Assembly: GCA_963699545.1 (NCBI GenBank)
Contig: CAVOUE010000006.1
Span: 64,001-128,000 of the forward strand
Direction of reading: 5' to 3'
Origin: Nitrospirota bacterium
GTDB lineage: Bacteria > Nitrospirota > Thermodesulfovibrionia > Thermodesulfovibrionales > UBA9159
DNA length: 64,000 nt
Numbering within the stretch: the first letter of the stretch is position 1; the number at the start of each line of letters is the position of its first letter. Below are positions 41,027-52,924 of the stretch, one piece after another. The notes below the pieces were generated by a model. That model was not told the origin of the DNA. It worked only from the letters and a program-made list of their open reading frames with translations, and made no database searches. The translations under genes and the position numbers were made by a program.

Positions 41027-41905
41027 TTATGAAACACGAGACTGACGAGCTTTCTTTAGCAGATCGTCAATGGCTTCTTCTATGCCGGTGAACCTGAACG
41101 TGAAACCCTTCTCCAGAAGTTTCCCGGGAATGACGCTTTCCCCCTCCAGTAACGCCTGTGCCCCTTCCCCTAACTGAAGTTTCAGCACAAAAAAAGGAAC
41201 ACGCATCACCGCAGGTTTGTGAAGGGCATGTGAAAGGGCCATGGTCAGTCCCTTGTTCGTGGTGGGTCTGGGGGCGGTAAGGTTAAATACTCCCTCAAAG
41301 TCGTCGTGCTCTATCACCGTGAAATAGGCTCTCACGAGGTCTTCGATATGCACCCAGGAAAAAGCCTGTTCCCCGTCCCCCAACGTCCCCCCCAGTCCCA
41401 TCCTGAAGGGTATGAGCATCTTCTGAAGCACACCTCCCCCGAGTCCGAGAACGATGCCAAAGCGAAAGACGACCGTTCTCACCGATGCGTCCTTCGCCTT
41501 CAGCGCAGCCCGCTCCCAGTCAAGGGCAAGCCTCCCCAGAAAGGTATCGGCATAATGGGCGTTCTCCTCCGTATAAACTCCTCCGGAGTCATAGATCCCG
41601 ACTGCAGACGTGGAGACGAACACTGCAGGCTTCTTCCCCGCCTCGCCCATGGCCTCCACGATCTTCTTCGTCGTCTCAATCCTGCTGCTGTACAGGACCT
41701 TCTTGTACTCCTCCGTCCATCTCTCAGCGATGGAAGCGCCCGCCAGGTTCACCACCACATCAGCTCTCCCGATCTTGCTCAGGAGCTTCGCTGTTTCCCT
41801 GAAGTCATCGCGCGTCAGCGGGATCACCTTCCAGCCCTTTCCTTCGAAAGCCCTCGTGAGATGTCCCCCCACAAATCCCGTTGCGCCGCTCATCGCGATG
41901 TTCAT
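41027..41905 (-). CDS. TIGR01777-family NAD-dependent epimerase (YfcH-like)
   Basis: SGATGFVG, VNLAGASI..RWT, SAVGIY, FSWVHIED, GFTFRF. Confidence 0.92.
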   Translation of the reverse strand: MNIAMSGATGFVGGHLTRAFEGKGWKVIPLTRDDFRETAKLLSKIGRADVVVNLAGASIAERWTEEYKKVLYSSRIETTKKIVEAMGEAGKKPAVFVSTSAVGIYDSGGVYTEENAHYADTFLGRLALDWERAALKAKDASVRTVVFRFGIVLGLGGGVLQKMLIPFRMGLGGTLGDGEQAFSWVHIEDLVRAYFTVIEHDDFEGVFNLTAPRPTTNKGLTMALSHALHKPAVMRVPFFVLKLQLGEGAQALLEGESVIPGKLLEKGFTFRFTGIEEAIDDLLKKARQSRVS

Positions 41906-42043
41906 GTCTTTCTCATCATATCAGAACGTTCACCTCAAGTGAACAAAGAAACGCCGCGGAAGGTATATCCGGCTTCATTTCATCGTCTTTTCAGCACCGT
42001 GGAATTTGACTTTTATCCATACAATTCATTATTTTAGTTAGTT

Positions 42044-42121
<78 letters not shown>

Positions 42122-42247
42122 GCATATTTTACTCCGCAAAATTTGCTGGGAAATGTTTTTAGTTGTGAGTAACCTGGTTCGAGGACTTAGAGGATATGAT
42201 TTTGATTGTTACTGCTCACTGTTCACTCGTCACTGATGACTTTTTGT

Positions 42248-42324
<77 letters not shown>

Positions 42325-42437
42325 GTATTTTCCGTCGCAGGGAGAAGGCGAGAGAGCAATTGTTCTTACCGCGATGAGCCGAAATCGGGTATAATGATAT
42401 GGTCGTAGCTCACTGGAGGGTATACCTGCAGTGAGAT

Positions 42438-42514
42438 GGTGGGCGTAGTTCAACGGTTAGAGCACTGGACTGTGGCTCCAGGTGTTGGGGGTTCGAATCC
42501 CCTCGCCCACCCCA
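42438..42514 (+). tRNA. tRNA-His (GTG)
   Basis: G(-1) plus GTGGGCG/CGCCCAC, CTGGA-CT GTG GC-TCCAG, CCA. Confidence 0.97.
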
Positions 42515-42528
42515 TTTGAAAGGCAGCT

Positions 42529-42605
42529 TCGAAATTCGAAGCTCCAAATCCTAAACAGGATGCCGGCTCCCTCGTTTAGAATTGAGATTTCGATATTTTG
42601 GATTT
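42529..42605. repeat. Heptamer-array hairpin in a tRNA spacer
   Basis: TCGAAAT TCGAAGC TCCAAAT CCTAAAC ... GTTTAGA ATTGAGA TTTCGAT ATTTTGG. Confidence 0.75.
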
Positions 42606-42617
42606 GTTGTTGATTGT

Positions 42618-42694
42618 GCGCCTGTAGCTCAGCTGGATAGAGCATCAGCCTCCGGAGCTGAGGGTCGGAGGTTCGAATCCTCTCAGGCGCGCCA
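42618..42694 (+). tRNA. tRNA-Arg (CCG)
   Basis: GCGCCTG/CAGGCGC, TCAGC-CT CCG GA-GCTGA, CCA. Confidence 0.97.
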
Positions 42695-42812
42695 TCCGAT
42701 CCGCCGGATCGGAATTACGAGTGAAAGCTGTTGAGTGTGAGTGAGTTGACTGAAATGCCGTTTTTTTGTTTTACTATTCACTGTTCACCGATCGCTCTTC
42801 ACTTTTCTCGAT

Positions 42813-42888
<76 letters not shown>

Positions 42889-43099
42889 GTTTTTTTCAAG
42901 GGGTTGCGAGGTTTCCTGCAAATCCTTTCTTACTGAAGTGTCCGTATAAGTGTCCACGGCACCGTCTAACCTCTTGATTGAACAGGCACGATGCTCGCTA
43001 CGCTCATTTTCTGTGGCACACGCAGCGAGAACCACCGACGCGGGCAAGTGATGTGCCACCTTGTTAGAGAGTATTTAGCGTTTCATAAGGGAAGAATCA

Positions 43100-46000
43100 A
43101 TGATTGAAAAGAAGAAGGTTTTTTCGTGGATTGCAGGAGGGATAGGTGCTCTTCTGATCTTCCTGTTGGCCCTCTCCTTTCTTATACCAAGGCTTGTTGA
43201 TCTCAATTCCGTAAGGGAGAAGATCAAGGCAGGTATTTCCCAGAAAATCGCCGGCACCGTGGATTTCCAGAAGATGGAGGTCTCGCTGTTCCCCCGCCCC
43301 AGAATACTGATCAACCGGACAAGGTTCTCTTTCCCGGGAACGGCAGAAGGAACCATCGATTCCCTGAGGATTTACCCCCGCATACTCCCGCTTCTCTCCG
43401 GAAAGGTGAGTATTGGAAGGATTCAGATTGAAGCCCCCCACATATCTCTCACTATTACAGAAAGACAGAACAACAGGAAGAAAAGGCCTCTCTCCGCGCA
43501 GGAAATCGAAGAAAAAGTTTCTGCGCTTTTGAACACTCTGGCAGCGAACCTGCCGGGCGTCAGTATTGCTATAGAAAAGGGGAATGTAAGCATTTCTGAC
43601 ATAAACCGGTCGCTTTTCACGTTTCAGGACGTTGAGGGACAGATCGCTCTCCCTCCCGGGGAGGCCAGCGTTACCCTCACCTGCAGCTCCAACGTCTCAA
43701 AAAGCATGTCCTTTGGTATACGGTTGGATCCAAAGAATCTCAAAGGCATGGGTACCCTTAAGCTCACAGGGATGAAGCCGCAGCTGGTCGTCCAGCACCT
43801 CTTCCCAGACTTTGCCAGGCGCCTTGGAGATTCTGAAGGAAACATCATTCTCTCTTTTAAAATGCTCGGGTTCAAAGACCTGCGGGCAGAAGTGCAGGGC
43901 TCTCTCCCTTATCTTACCTTCCTGAATAAGAACGAAGAAGTTCTCCTGAAGGGAATCGGTGTACACGCAGCCATTGTGCTGGCTGGTGAAAAGACTGAGA
44001 TAACGTTGAACGAGCTCAAGCTTGAGCACCCCCAACTCACCCTGAGCGGGGCGCTCATCTTGGATACAACGGCTCAGAATGTCAGCATGGAGCTGTCAGG
44101 CAGCCAGGTGGACGTCCCGTCCTTGCGAAAGGTGGCGCTCTCTCTGGCAGGAGAGGTGCCCCTGGTGCAGAATGTTTTCAGTTATGTAAGGGGAGGAAAG
44201 GTGCCCTTCATCACGGTGCGCAGTCAGGGAGCATCACTGGAAGACCTCGGGAAGACAGAGAGCATTTTTATCAAGGGACTTGTGCAAAAGGGGGAGATTT
44301 TTGTTCCTGGTCCAAAACTGGATTTCAAGGAGGTCAATGCAGCGTGCGTCGTTTCCAAGGGCATTCTGGAGGGGAAGAATGTTGAGGCGGACCTTGGAAA
44401 TTCTCAGGTAAGGGATGGCAAACTGAGGGTGGGGCTGAAAGGAAGTGACGCCCCGCTCCACATCGATGCAGCAATAAAGGCAGATCTGGCAGAGACGAGG
44501 AACATCCTGAGACGTTTGATAAAGGATGGACCGTTCCTGAAGGAAATCGATCTCGTCAGCACCATACACGGTGAAGCAAAAGGAAGGCTCATCCTGGGCG
44601 AGAGCACCGCCTTCATCAAGCCGCGCGTGGATTTATCCGAGGTCTCTTTCACTGCCGGATACCAGCGGGTCCCCTTTCCCCTTGTGATTAAGGGAGGGCA
44701 GTTTTTTTATGATGAGACACGAATCGGCGTGAAGAAACTCAGCGGTGCACTGGGCAGGTCCTCTTTCGCGGAACTTGCCGGCGAATTACGCTTAGGGGAT
44801 TCCCCTTCCATTGAAATCCCTTCGGGGAAACTAAGGATCATACAGGATGAGATCTATCCGTGGCTGAAATCCTTTGAGGGATTGAAAGGTTCCCTGGAAG
44901 ACCTGCGTTCAGTGCGAGGCGCCATCAATCTTGACACCATTCATCTGAAAGGCTCCCTATTGAAACCGAAGGGATGGCATTTCAGACTGGCAGGTAATGT
45001 GGAGGATCTTGTAGCAGACTGGGCGTTCCTCCCTGTTCCTGCCTCCTTGAAAAAAGGAACTTTCGATGCGAATGAAGAAAAGATATCCGTCACAGATGCA
45101 CGGGCAGAGATCCTCGATGCCTCTGTATCCCTGTCAGTTATTCAGCAGGGTTATATGGGAGGCCGCCACAAAACGGACCTCACCTTTCAGGGAGAGATGG
45201 GGCCCCAGTCCTTCGAATGGGCTGCAAAGCTCTCAAGCCTGCCCTCTCAATTCTCGCCACGGGATACCATCACGTTCGAGTATGCACATATCTCAATGGA
45301 CGAGGGCACTACGCTTTTCCAGGGAACCTTTCGAACTCAGAGGGGGCCGAAGATTACCGCTGACGTGCTGAAGCATTCGAAGGGGCTTGCCGTAAATAAG
45401 CTCACCATTAAGGATGCCTCTTCCGACGCAACCCTTTCCTTCGATCTCCAGGAAAAGACATTGAAACTTGCCTTTGCCGGAAAACTGACCTCAGAAACAT
45501 TTGACAGACTCATGACAGAAAAAGAATACCCCCAGGGAAGGATCGTGGGAGATTTTCGGGCAGAAATCCAGCGGGAGAAACCGTTTCGATTCACCGCCCA
45601 GGGGAAGATCAGAGGAGAGAATATCGTCATCCCTTCGAAGTGGGGAGTCCCGATAACAATAGAGACCCTCTCTTTGGCTGGCGACGGCAACAGTCTTGCC
45701 GTGGAACCTTCTTCCTTCAGGGTGGATGACACCCTTTTTTCTCTTAAGGGCAATCTGAATTTCACCCGGGAGGACCTGGCGATCGATATGGATCTCTCCG
45801 CAGACCGGATCGAATGGAAAAAAATCGCACGGGTGCTGGAAGGGCGGAAAGAGAAAGAGAGAGAGCAACGAAACGTGGGACATGCCCGTCAAGGGGACCC
45901 TGAGGCTGAAAACGAATCATTTCGTCTACGACAAATATACCTGGATGCCTCTCCATGCGGATATATCCCTTCACCGTGATGATATTGACATCGCGGTGAC

Positions 46001-46718
46001 CAGGGCAACTCTCTGCGGCATTTCCTCGCCGGGGACGATGAATGTGACGCCAAGGGAACTCTCCTTTGATTTTCAGCTTACTGCGGATAATCAGGAGTTG
46101 GAACCAGCCCTTGTCTGTCTCTTTGGAAGAGAACAGGACGCAACAGGAAGATTCGACCTGAAAGTAAGTATCAAGGGACAGGGGAGGAAAGAGACCGTGC
46201 GTGATTCCCTCCAGGGAGATGCAGAATTCGTTGCCAGAGACGGGCGGATTTTCCGTCAGCCGGCTCTCCTGAACATTTTCTCCTTTCTGCAAGTCAATCA
46301 AATCCTGAGAGGGTTCCCCGAAATAAGGCAAGAGGGCTTTGCATATCACTCTATAAAAGCGAAAGGAGCGCTGAGGCAAGGCACGCTGGAGGTGAAAGAA
46401 GGGACTGTGGATGGTTCTTCCATGAAGATTGCTACCCAGGGCACAGTCGATCTAAGACATGACAAACTGGACCTTACCGTTCTCATCTCTCCACTGAAAA
46501 GAACTGATTTCATCATCAAGAAAACCCCCATCATAGGCAGCATTCTTGGGGGTTCACTCGTCTCTATCCCCCTTAAGGTCTCTGGAGATATGGATGATCC
46601 AAAGGTAAGCTTTAATCCCGTTTCAGCAGTTGGATCCGGATTATTAGGAATTATGGAAAGGACCCTCAAGAGCCCTGTGAAGCTGTTTGACCCCTTCCAA
46701 ACGGACGGAAAGAAGTAA
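43100..46718 (+). CDS. AsmA/YhdP-like periplasmic bridge protein, frameshift near 45860
   Basis: N-terminal TM anchor, long beta-rich body, C-terminal GTVDL...LDLTV...PIIGSILG...VSGDMDDPKV. Confidence 0.85.
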
Positions 46719-46806
46719 ACACCGTCGCACCTCTTTTTGAGACGCATTGCGAACAAATTCCCTATTGCTTGCTGCAGGGTTCAGGTAAGGTATGGTAGTA
46801 TCAATC

Positions 46807-47076
46807 ATGACTATACTAACATCAACAACATCCACAGCAAGAACAATTATGGAAGTCTACAGGTATTTCAGAATAAAAAAGGGTGAATATATATCCCTCA
46901 AATTACTCTTGAGTAGAAAACATTTGTGGAAGGATATTGAGGAAGCAGAATTCAATCAAAGTGTGGGTGATTTGATTAAGCTGGGTTACATAGGAAGAAT
47001 TGAAAACCCGGAAGGCTGGAGGCTTCTCGGAGCAGGTGATGAATACCTCAAACAGCTTGAACTAGACCTGATCTGA
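46807..47076 (+). CDS. Small AT-rich hypothetical protein, possibly winged-helix
   Basis: Open frame; FNQSVGDLIKLGYI...WRLLGAG pattern; start uncertain. Confidence 0.5.
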   Translation: MTILTSTTSTARTIMEVYRYFRIKKGEYISLKLLLSRKHLWKDIEEAEFNQSVGDLIKLGYIGRIENPEGWRLLGAGDEYLKQLELDLI

Positions 47077-47097
47077 ACGTGAGAGGGAGAGGGAAAT

Positions 47098-47484
47098 ATG
47101 CCCTCGTCAAGAAGGAGGATGAAGAAACAACATCCTCTCCAATGGCTCTTTGAACCCCTGATGGAAGAACCCAGCTATTTGGAGAAACCCATGTTCGGCT
47201 GTCAAGCCTGTTATCTTCATGGGCGTTTGGCCCTGGTCCTGGCAGATGGGGATGAACCCTGGAACGGCTTGCTTATTCCTACCGACCATCAGTTCCATGA
47301 TGCTATCCGCCAGGACTTCAAGGATGTCATCCGGCACCCTGTTTTGAAGAAATGGCTTTACCTCTCTCAATCGTCGGAGGATTTTGAGACGGTAGCATCT
47401 GATATTGTCGAGGCGGTGAGAGTGGATGACCTTCGGTTTGGAGTTGAGCCGAGAGAAACGACAAGGACCAAACGCAGGAAATAA
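47098..47484 (+). CDS. Hypothetical protein, TfoX/MmcQ-like
   Basis: KPMFGC.ACYLHG...PWNGLL...HPVLKKWLYL...RFGVEP; GAGGG RBS. Confidence 0.6.
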   Translation: MPSSRRRMKKQHPLQWLFEPLMEEPSYLEKPMFGCQACYLHGRLALVLADGDEPWNGLLIPTDHQFHDAIRQDFKDVIRHPVLKKWLYLSQSSEDFETVASDIVEAVRVDDLRFGVEPRETTRTKRRK

Positions 47485-47492
47485 GACTCTTC

Positions 47493-48515
47493 TCAGACCA
47501 GTCCGCGGTCCGACAATTCCCTCTTGATGTAGGCGTAATAGATGGGAGCGGCGATCACACCGGCAACACCGAAAGCCGCTTCCATGAGCAGCATCGCCAC
47601 CAGTATCTCCCACGCACTGGCGCGGATCTGGATCCCCACAATGCGGGCATTCAGGAAATACTCGAGTTTATGTATCACCACGAGAAACACAAGAGAAGCG
47701 CCGGCAACAGACAGAGAATGACTTAAACTTACCACTACGATCACGGTATTGGAGATCAGATTGCCGACAACAGGCAGCAACCCTGTGACAAAGGTAAAGG
47801 CCACCATGGTTTTCGTGAACGGCAGACGGATGCCGAAGACCGGGAGTATGACCGCAAGGTAAAGCCATGCGAATAAGGCGTTCAGCACCGCGATGCGCGC
47901 CTGGGCAAAGACAATGGAGCGGAAGGCCTGACTCAGGCGCCCTGCCCGCTCAACAAGCGCCTGTGCAAAAGGACGATGCTCATGCAGCGGCGTCACCTCA
48001 CGTAAAGATACCAGAGCGCCGATCACCATGCCGATCAATATATGAGCTGCTATCCGTCCCGCTTCCTTGCCGACCACCTGCAACTCTCCTGCATGCTCGC
48101 GGAGCCAGTGAGCAATACCGTTCTTGATATCCTCTGCATCACCGGGTATGTATACGGCAAGCCAGGGAGGAAGCGTCTGCCGCGACCCTTCAACGATCTC
48201 CGCCATTTTGTGAAGCAATGCAGGCACACTTCCCGCGTCACTACGGAAAAAGGCTATCATTCCCCAGCTTCCGAGGGTCAGCGTTATCATAACAAAGACC
48301 GCAAGGAGGGATACCACGGCCAGCCTGGCGCGGGTGCCGCTCAATCGAGTAAGCCGGAGCCCCGGTGCAAGAATGTGGACAAGCTCGTACACAAGCAGTC
48401 CGGCTATCAAAGCCGGGAGCAGGCGCAGCCTGAGGGCAAGGAACAGGGCCGCTCCGGCGATCACATATGATGCCGTTTCATAGATCCTTTCGTCAGTTCT
48501 TTCGCCACCGTTCAT
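47493..48515 (-). CDS. AI-2E family (PerM) transporter
   Basis: Multiple TMs; GLLPVVGN, HKLEYFLNARIVG, FGVAG...AP. Confidence 0.9.
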   Translation of the reverse strand: MNGGERTDERIYETASYVIAGAALFLALRLRLLPALIAGLLVYELVHILAPGLRLTRLSGTRARLAVVSLLAVFVMITLTLGSWGMIAFFRSDAGSVPALLHKMAEIVEGSRQTLPPWLAVYIPGDAEDIKNGIAHWLREHAGELQVVGKEAGRIAAHILIGMVIGALVSLREVTPLHEHRPFAQALVERAGRLSQAFRSIVFAQARIAVLNALFAWLYLAVILPVFGIRLPFTKTMVAFTFVTGLLPVVGNLISNTVIVVVSLSHSLSVAGASLVFLVVIHKLEYFLNARIVGIQIRASAWEILVAMLLMEAAFGVAGVIAAPIYYAYIKRELSDRGLV

Positions 48516-48759
48516 ATGCGGATATTATACACTGCCGCGTGCGGTGATTTGCCTATGTTGGCGTATCAGTAATACAGGAAGATACGTGCGAAACACTTGG
48601 CGGGATCGCGGTCAAGGAAGAGTACTTAACAGAGGAACAGGCCGACCATCTCTTGAGAGAACAAAGAGACTCTTATAGGTATTTTGGTGAAGCTTTGGTC
48701 AGGACAGGAGTCATGTCTGACAAAGAAAGAGCAAGGCAGCTTTCACCGCCGCCCCTTCC

Positions 48760-49734
48760 TCACCAAGCGGCGATCTCCCCCAGGGCTTTCAGTATCTCCG
48801 CCCCTCCCACATAGGTCTTCCTGCTGTCCCCTTTCACCACGGCCAGTGAGGGAGTTCCGCGTATCTTGTCCGTCTGCATCATCGGGTTGTAAACACTGCG
48901 GAATATCTCTCTTGCCCTGTTCCTGTCGATTTTATAGGGGATTCCTTTCGCCGTCAGGATTTTTGTGACCCCGGGCTGGTCCGTCTTTGTCTTCGCGGCT
49001 TCAAAAAGTGTCTCTCTGACCTTGATGGCGGATTCAAGGTTGTTCCCCGATTCAAACCAGGCATAAAGAAATAATTCGGCATAATCAAGGGAGCCTGGAT
49101 GGAGCGGCACATCAACAAAACGTATAGTGGCTTTATCCCTCAATTTCCTGAGGGCAATGTTTATCTGCTCGTCTGTCTTGCCGCAGGCGGGGCAGAAATA
49201 ATCGGAATAAACGATAATCTCGATCCCGGCTTTTTCACTGCCGAAGACCGGATACCTGATCTCCTCTGCATAGGAAGGGGTAACTGAGCCGTTAAACGTA
49301 ACCGAGGTAAAGAGTGCGCCCAATACGATTAGGAGGATCAGGACCCATTTCTTCAGACTCGGGGCAACCACAAAGAACATGGTCAGGAAGAAGAACCCCG
49401 ATATGATGCATTTGGGGCAATAGGTATTGTTCTGCACCTGGAACTTAACCAGGATTATCTCTGCACCCATCCCGACCGATACCACCGCGGCGATCGCTTT
49501 CATAAACCAGTCTCTGGGATAGAATTTCAAGTAGAAAACTGTCGAAACCAGGAGCAGGGAATAGAGGATTATCCCCATAATGTTCAGGTCAAGGCCGAGG
49601 ATATCACCACGGAGCACCGCACATTTCTCCTGGCATATCTGTCCTATTATCAATGTGAGAAGAGCCAGCGCAGGAAAGATCCATACCCAAGCCTGAAGCT
49701 TCGCAAATAGAGTGGACTCTCGTAGCACAGACAT
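48760..49734 (-). CDS. VKOR-like membrane domain fused to a DsbA/thioredoxin domain
   Basis: CQEKC, TM helices with YCPKC, then YSDYFCPAC and GTP cis-Pro motif. Confidence 0.75.
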   Translation of the reverse strand: MSVLRESTLFAKLQAWVWIFPALALLTLIIGQICQEKCAVLRGDILGLDLNIMGIILYSLLLVSTVFYLKFYPRDWFMKAIAAVVSVGMGAEIILVKFQVQNNTYCPKCIISGFFFLTMFFVVAPSLKKWVLILLIVLGALFTSVTFNGSVTPSYAEEIRYPVFGSEKAGIEIIVYSDYFCPACGKTDEQINIALRKLRDKATIRFVDVPLHPGSLDYAELFLYAWFESGNNLESAIKVRETLFEAAKTKTDQPGVTKILTAKGIPYKIDRNRAREIFRSVYNPMMQTDKIRGTPSLAVVKGDSRKTYVGGAEILKALGEIAAW

Positions 49735-49820
49735 GTTCTATTTTAGCTCAAAAGGCTCCTCTTTTTCCTCCTCTTTTTCAGTTCCTGGTCTAGCTGTACG
49801 GTCCGTACTATCACGGGAAC

Positions 49821-49991
49821 ATCGCTCCCGGCTGTCAGGAGGGCATCGTTCACAATTCTATGTTCTTTCCGGCGGACGCGAGCATCCCGGGCAGACCGGC
49901 CTCCTAACCGGATTCCGGGTCATCCGCCCGATGATGTCCGGAATGACATGAAAGCGACAAGTATAGCTCTCTTATGAATGCAGGGCGCAAT
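49821..49991. repeat. Degenerate MITE-like element with a REP-type palindrome
   Basis: GGATTCCGG 49910 ... CCGGAATGAC 49947; ends ATCGCTCCCGGC / GCAGGGCGCAAT (9/12 inverted). Confidence 0.45.
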
Positions 49992-50112
49992 AACTATTAT
50001 TTAACAAGGAGTTAGCCATGCCCAAAAAGTATTTGTCATCCGTCTCACAAAGCGGTAGAATGGAAGAAGGAGAAGCAGAGTGTACATCACTTTCACGGAG
50101 AAGGAGGATAGT

Positions 50113-50574
50113 ATGAACAAAATCATCGTCGCTGTTGACCTGGGTCATTTCAAGGCTTACAGAGTCACCAAGGACCCCTTCGAAAAAAGTCCGAAAACGG
50201 AACTGATCGAGAGCTACGACTCGATCGAGGCGCGTTTGAAGCTTTCAGATAAATTGAGTGATGCGGCAGGAAGATACCGCCAGGCCGGCGGCAGGAACGG
50301 CAAGGCCGCCGGATTTGGCGAGACCCATAACATCGCACTGGAATCCGAGAAAAGGATGATAAAGCAGATCGCTGAGGATATCAATGAGCTCGTTGCGAGG
50401 GAGAAATGTGAGAAGTGGTATCTGGCTGCGGGCAAGAACATCAACAGCCAGATCGTAGAGAACCTGGAGCCGGCGGTCAAGGCGAAGATGGACAAGAACG
50501 TGCCGTGCAATCTCACAAAGTCGGGAAAATCCGGGATCCTTGACCATTTCGCCAGGGAAGCACAGGTAGCATAA
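50113..50574 (+). CDS. Host-attachment / baeRF-like family protein
   Basis: AAGGAGG RBS; IIVAVDLG, SDAAGRY, WYLAA, NLTK. Confidence 0.7.
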   Translation: MNKIIVAVDLGHFKAYRVTKDPFEKSPKTELIESYDSIEARLKLSDKLSDAAGRYRQAGGRNGKAAGFGETHNIALESEKRMIKQIAEDINELVAREKCEKWYLAAGKNINSQIVENLEPAVKAKMDKNVPCNLTKSGKSGILDHFAREAQVA

Positions 50575-50714
50575 AGAGCTGATAGCTCATAGCAGAACAA
50601 AGGACTTGAGATCGAGGAGATCGTCTTGATCTCCCGGTCTCACGGTCTTTCTGTTTCTTCACCTGCCGGTCTGTCTCTGTTTTTGCCTTTTGACCTTTTT
50701 GTCCGCTATAATGA

Positions 50715-51724
<1,010 letters not shown>

Positions 51725-51743
51725 CCGGAACGTTAAAGACCTT

Positions 51744-52886
51744 TCATCCTCTTTTCCTTATTACCATCAGCAGCGGGTTCAGGAGATAGTAGAGGGGGAC
51801 TTTTTTCGATCCTGCCGACAGTCCGTAGCGGAGCCGGATCTCGGATGCGGGCGGGAAAATTCTTCTGAGAAGTACAGCGACCATATCAACGGGAGTGTCA
51901 AGCAAGGTGGTAAAAAGCGCCAGCCTCACATAGCTCCTCGTCATCTCCTGAAAAAGCCCTGAGAGGATAACTTTTTTCAACAGTGAATATCCGGCAATTC
52001 TTCTGTAAGCCAAATGATCAGGGATGTCGGCCCCGAGGAGATCGTGGGCCAGCTTCAGGGTGAAGAGAGTGAGTCGCTTCATCCTGAGCTTTTCCGCGCA
52101 GGAAAGGAGCTTATCCCAGTCCATCTCCGCCCGGTATTTGTCAGCCAGCCCGGAGATAACGAGAAACCACTTAAGGGGTCTGAACCTGTGCGTAAAAAGA
52201 TGGAATATGCCATACAGCATATACCGCTCCGGTGACAGGAGTGTGAGCTCCGTGTCCCCATAGCGTGTGGTCAATGTCTCTTCCCACCAAAAATCAGGAG
52301 ACGTCTCAAAAAACCATTGCACGAGATTCCAGTGCATTTCAACACTGTAGGCATCATTATGAAAAATGAGATGATAGCTGCTTTCAACAAGGTCTGCTTC
52401 ACGCGCCGTGATGCTTTCCTGATATCCCGCATCAGCAAGTGTCTTTTTTGTTCTTTCAAGATCGGACGGCCTCACAAGGAAATCGATATCTCCGGTTGGA
52501 TAAAGCCCTATGTCCCCCAGGGCCATATCAGAGAAAAGGGAGCCCTTCAAAGGAACGGACACAACGCCGGCCTGCCGCAGCAAAGAGAATATCCTCATGG
52601 TTCCCCGTGAATGATGGACGTTTCTGCTGAATGTGGCGAGATAGGCATCCTTGAGAGCATCCAGAGTCTTCTCCGGAATGCCTTTGAGGGTTGCAGCGTT
52701 CCGATAAAGGAGCGGCGAGACGCCGTTCATGCCGGCAAGCCTTACAAGGTTGCTGAAATCCACGGGATGTCCGCGAGCCGCAAGTATCTCTCCTGCGGCA
52801 TCCAGGGCTTCAGAAGAAGGGCCCACCCGTGAAAGGAGGAGGAGAAGTTGTTCTTCTATCGCTAGCTGAGGTTCATTGAGACTCAT
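51744..52886 (-). CDS. Nucleotidyltransferase family protein (NTP_transf_5-like)
   Basis: VPLKGS...TGDIDFLV...VEMHW; own ATG at 52886. Confidence 0.82.
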   Translation of the reverse strand: MSLNEPQLAIEEQLLLLLSRVGPSSEALDAAGEILAARGHPVDFSNLVRLAGMNGVSPLLYRNAATLKGIPEKTLDALKDAYLATFSRNVHHSRGTMRIFSLLRQAGVVSVPLKGSLFSDMALGDIGLYPTGDIDFLVRPSDLERTKKTLADAGYQESITAREADLVESSYHLIFHNDAYSVEMHWNLVQWFFETSPDFWWEETLTTRYGDTELTLLSPERYMLYGIFHLFTHRFRPLKWFLVISGLADKYRAEMDWDKLLSCAEKLRMKRLTLFTLKLAHDLLGADIPDHLAYRRIAGYSLLKKVILSGLFQEMTRSYVRLALFTTLLDTPVDMVAVLLRRIFPPASEIRLRYGLSAGSKKVPLYYLLNPLLMVIRKRG

Positions 52887-52924
52887 AGAGATTCGTTGGG
52901 ATTGTTGATCCCCGGTCTCTCCGT

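Noticed and set aside
42457-42645. 62-aa minus-strand ORF
   Set aside because: Antisense shadow of tRNA-His and tRNA-Arg.
49981-50008. dif-like XerCD site
   Set aside because: Poor arm match and wrong spacer; better explained as a MITE end.
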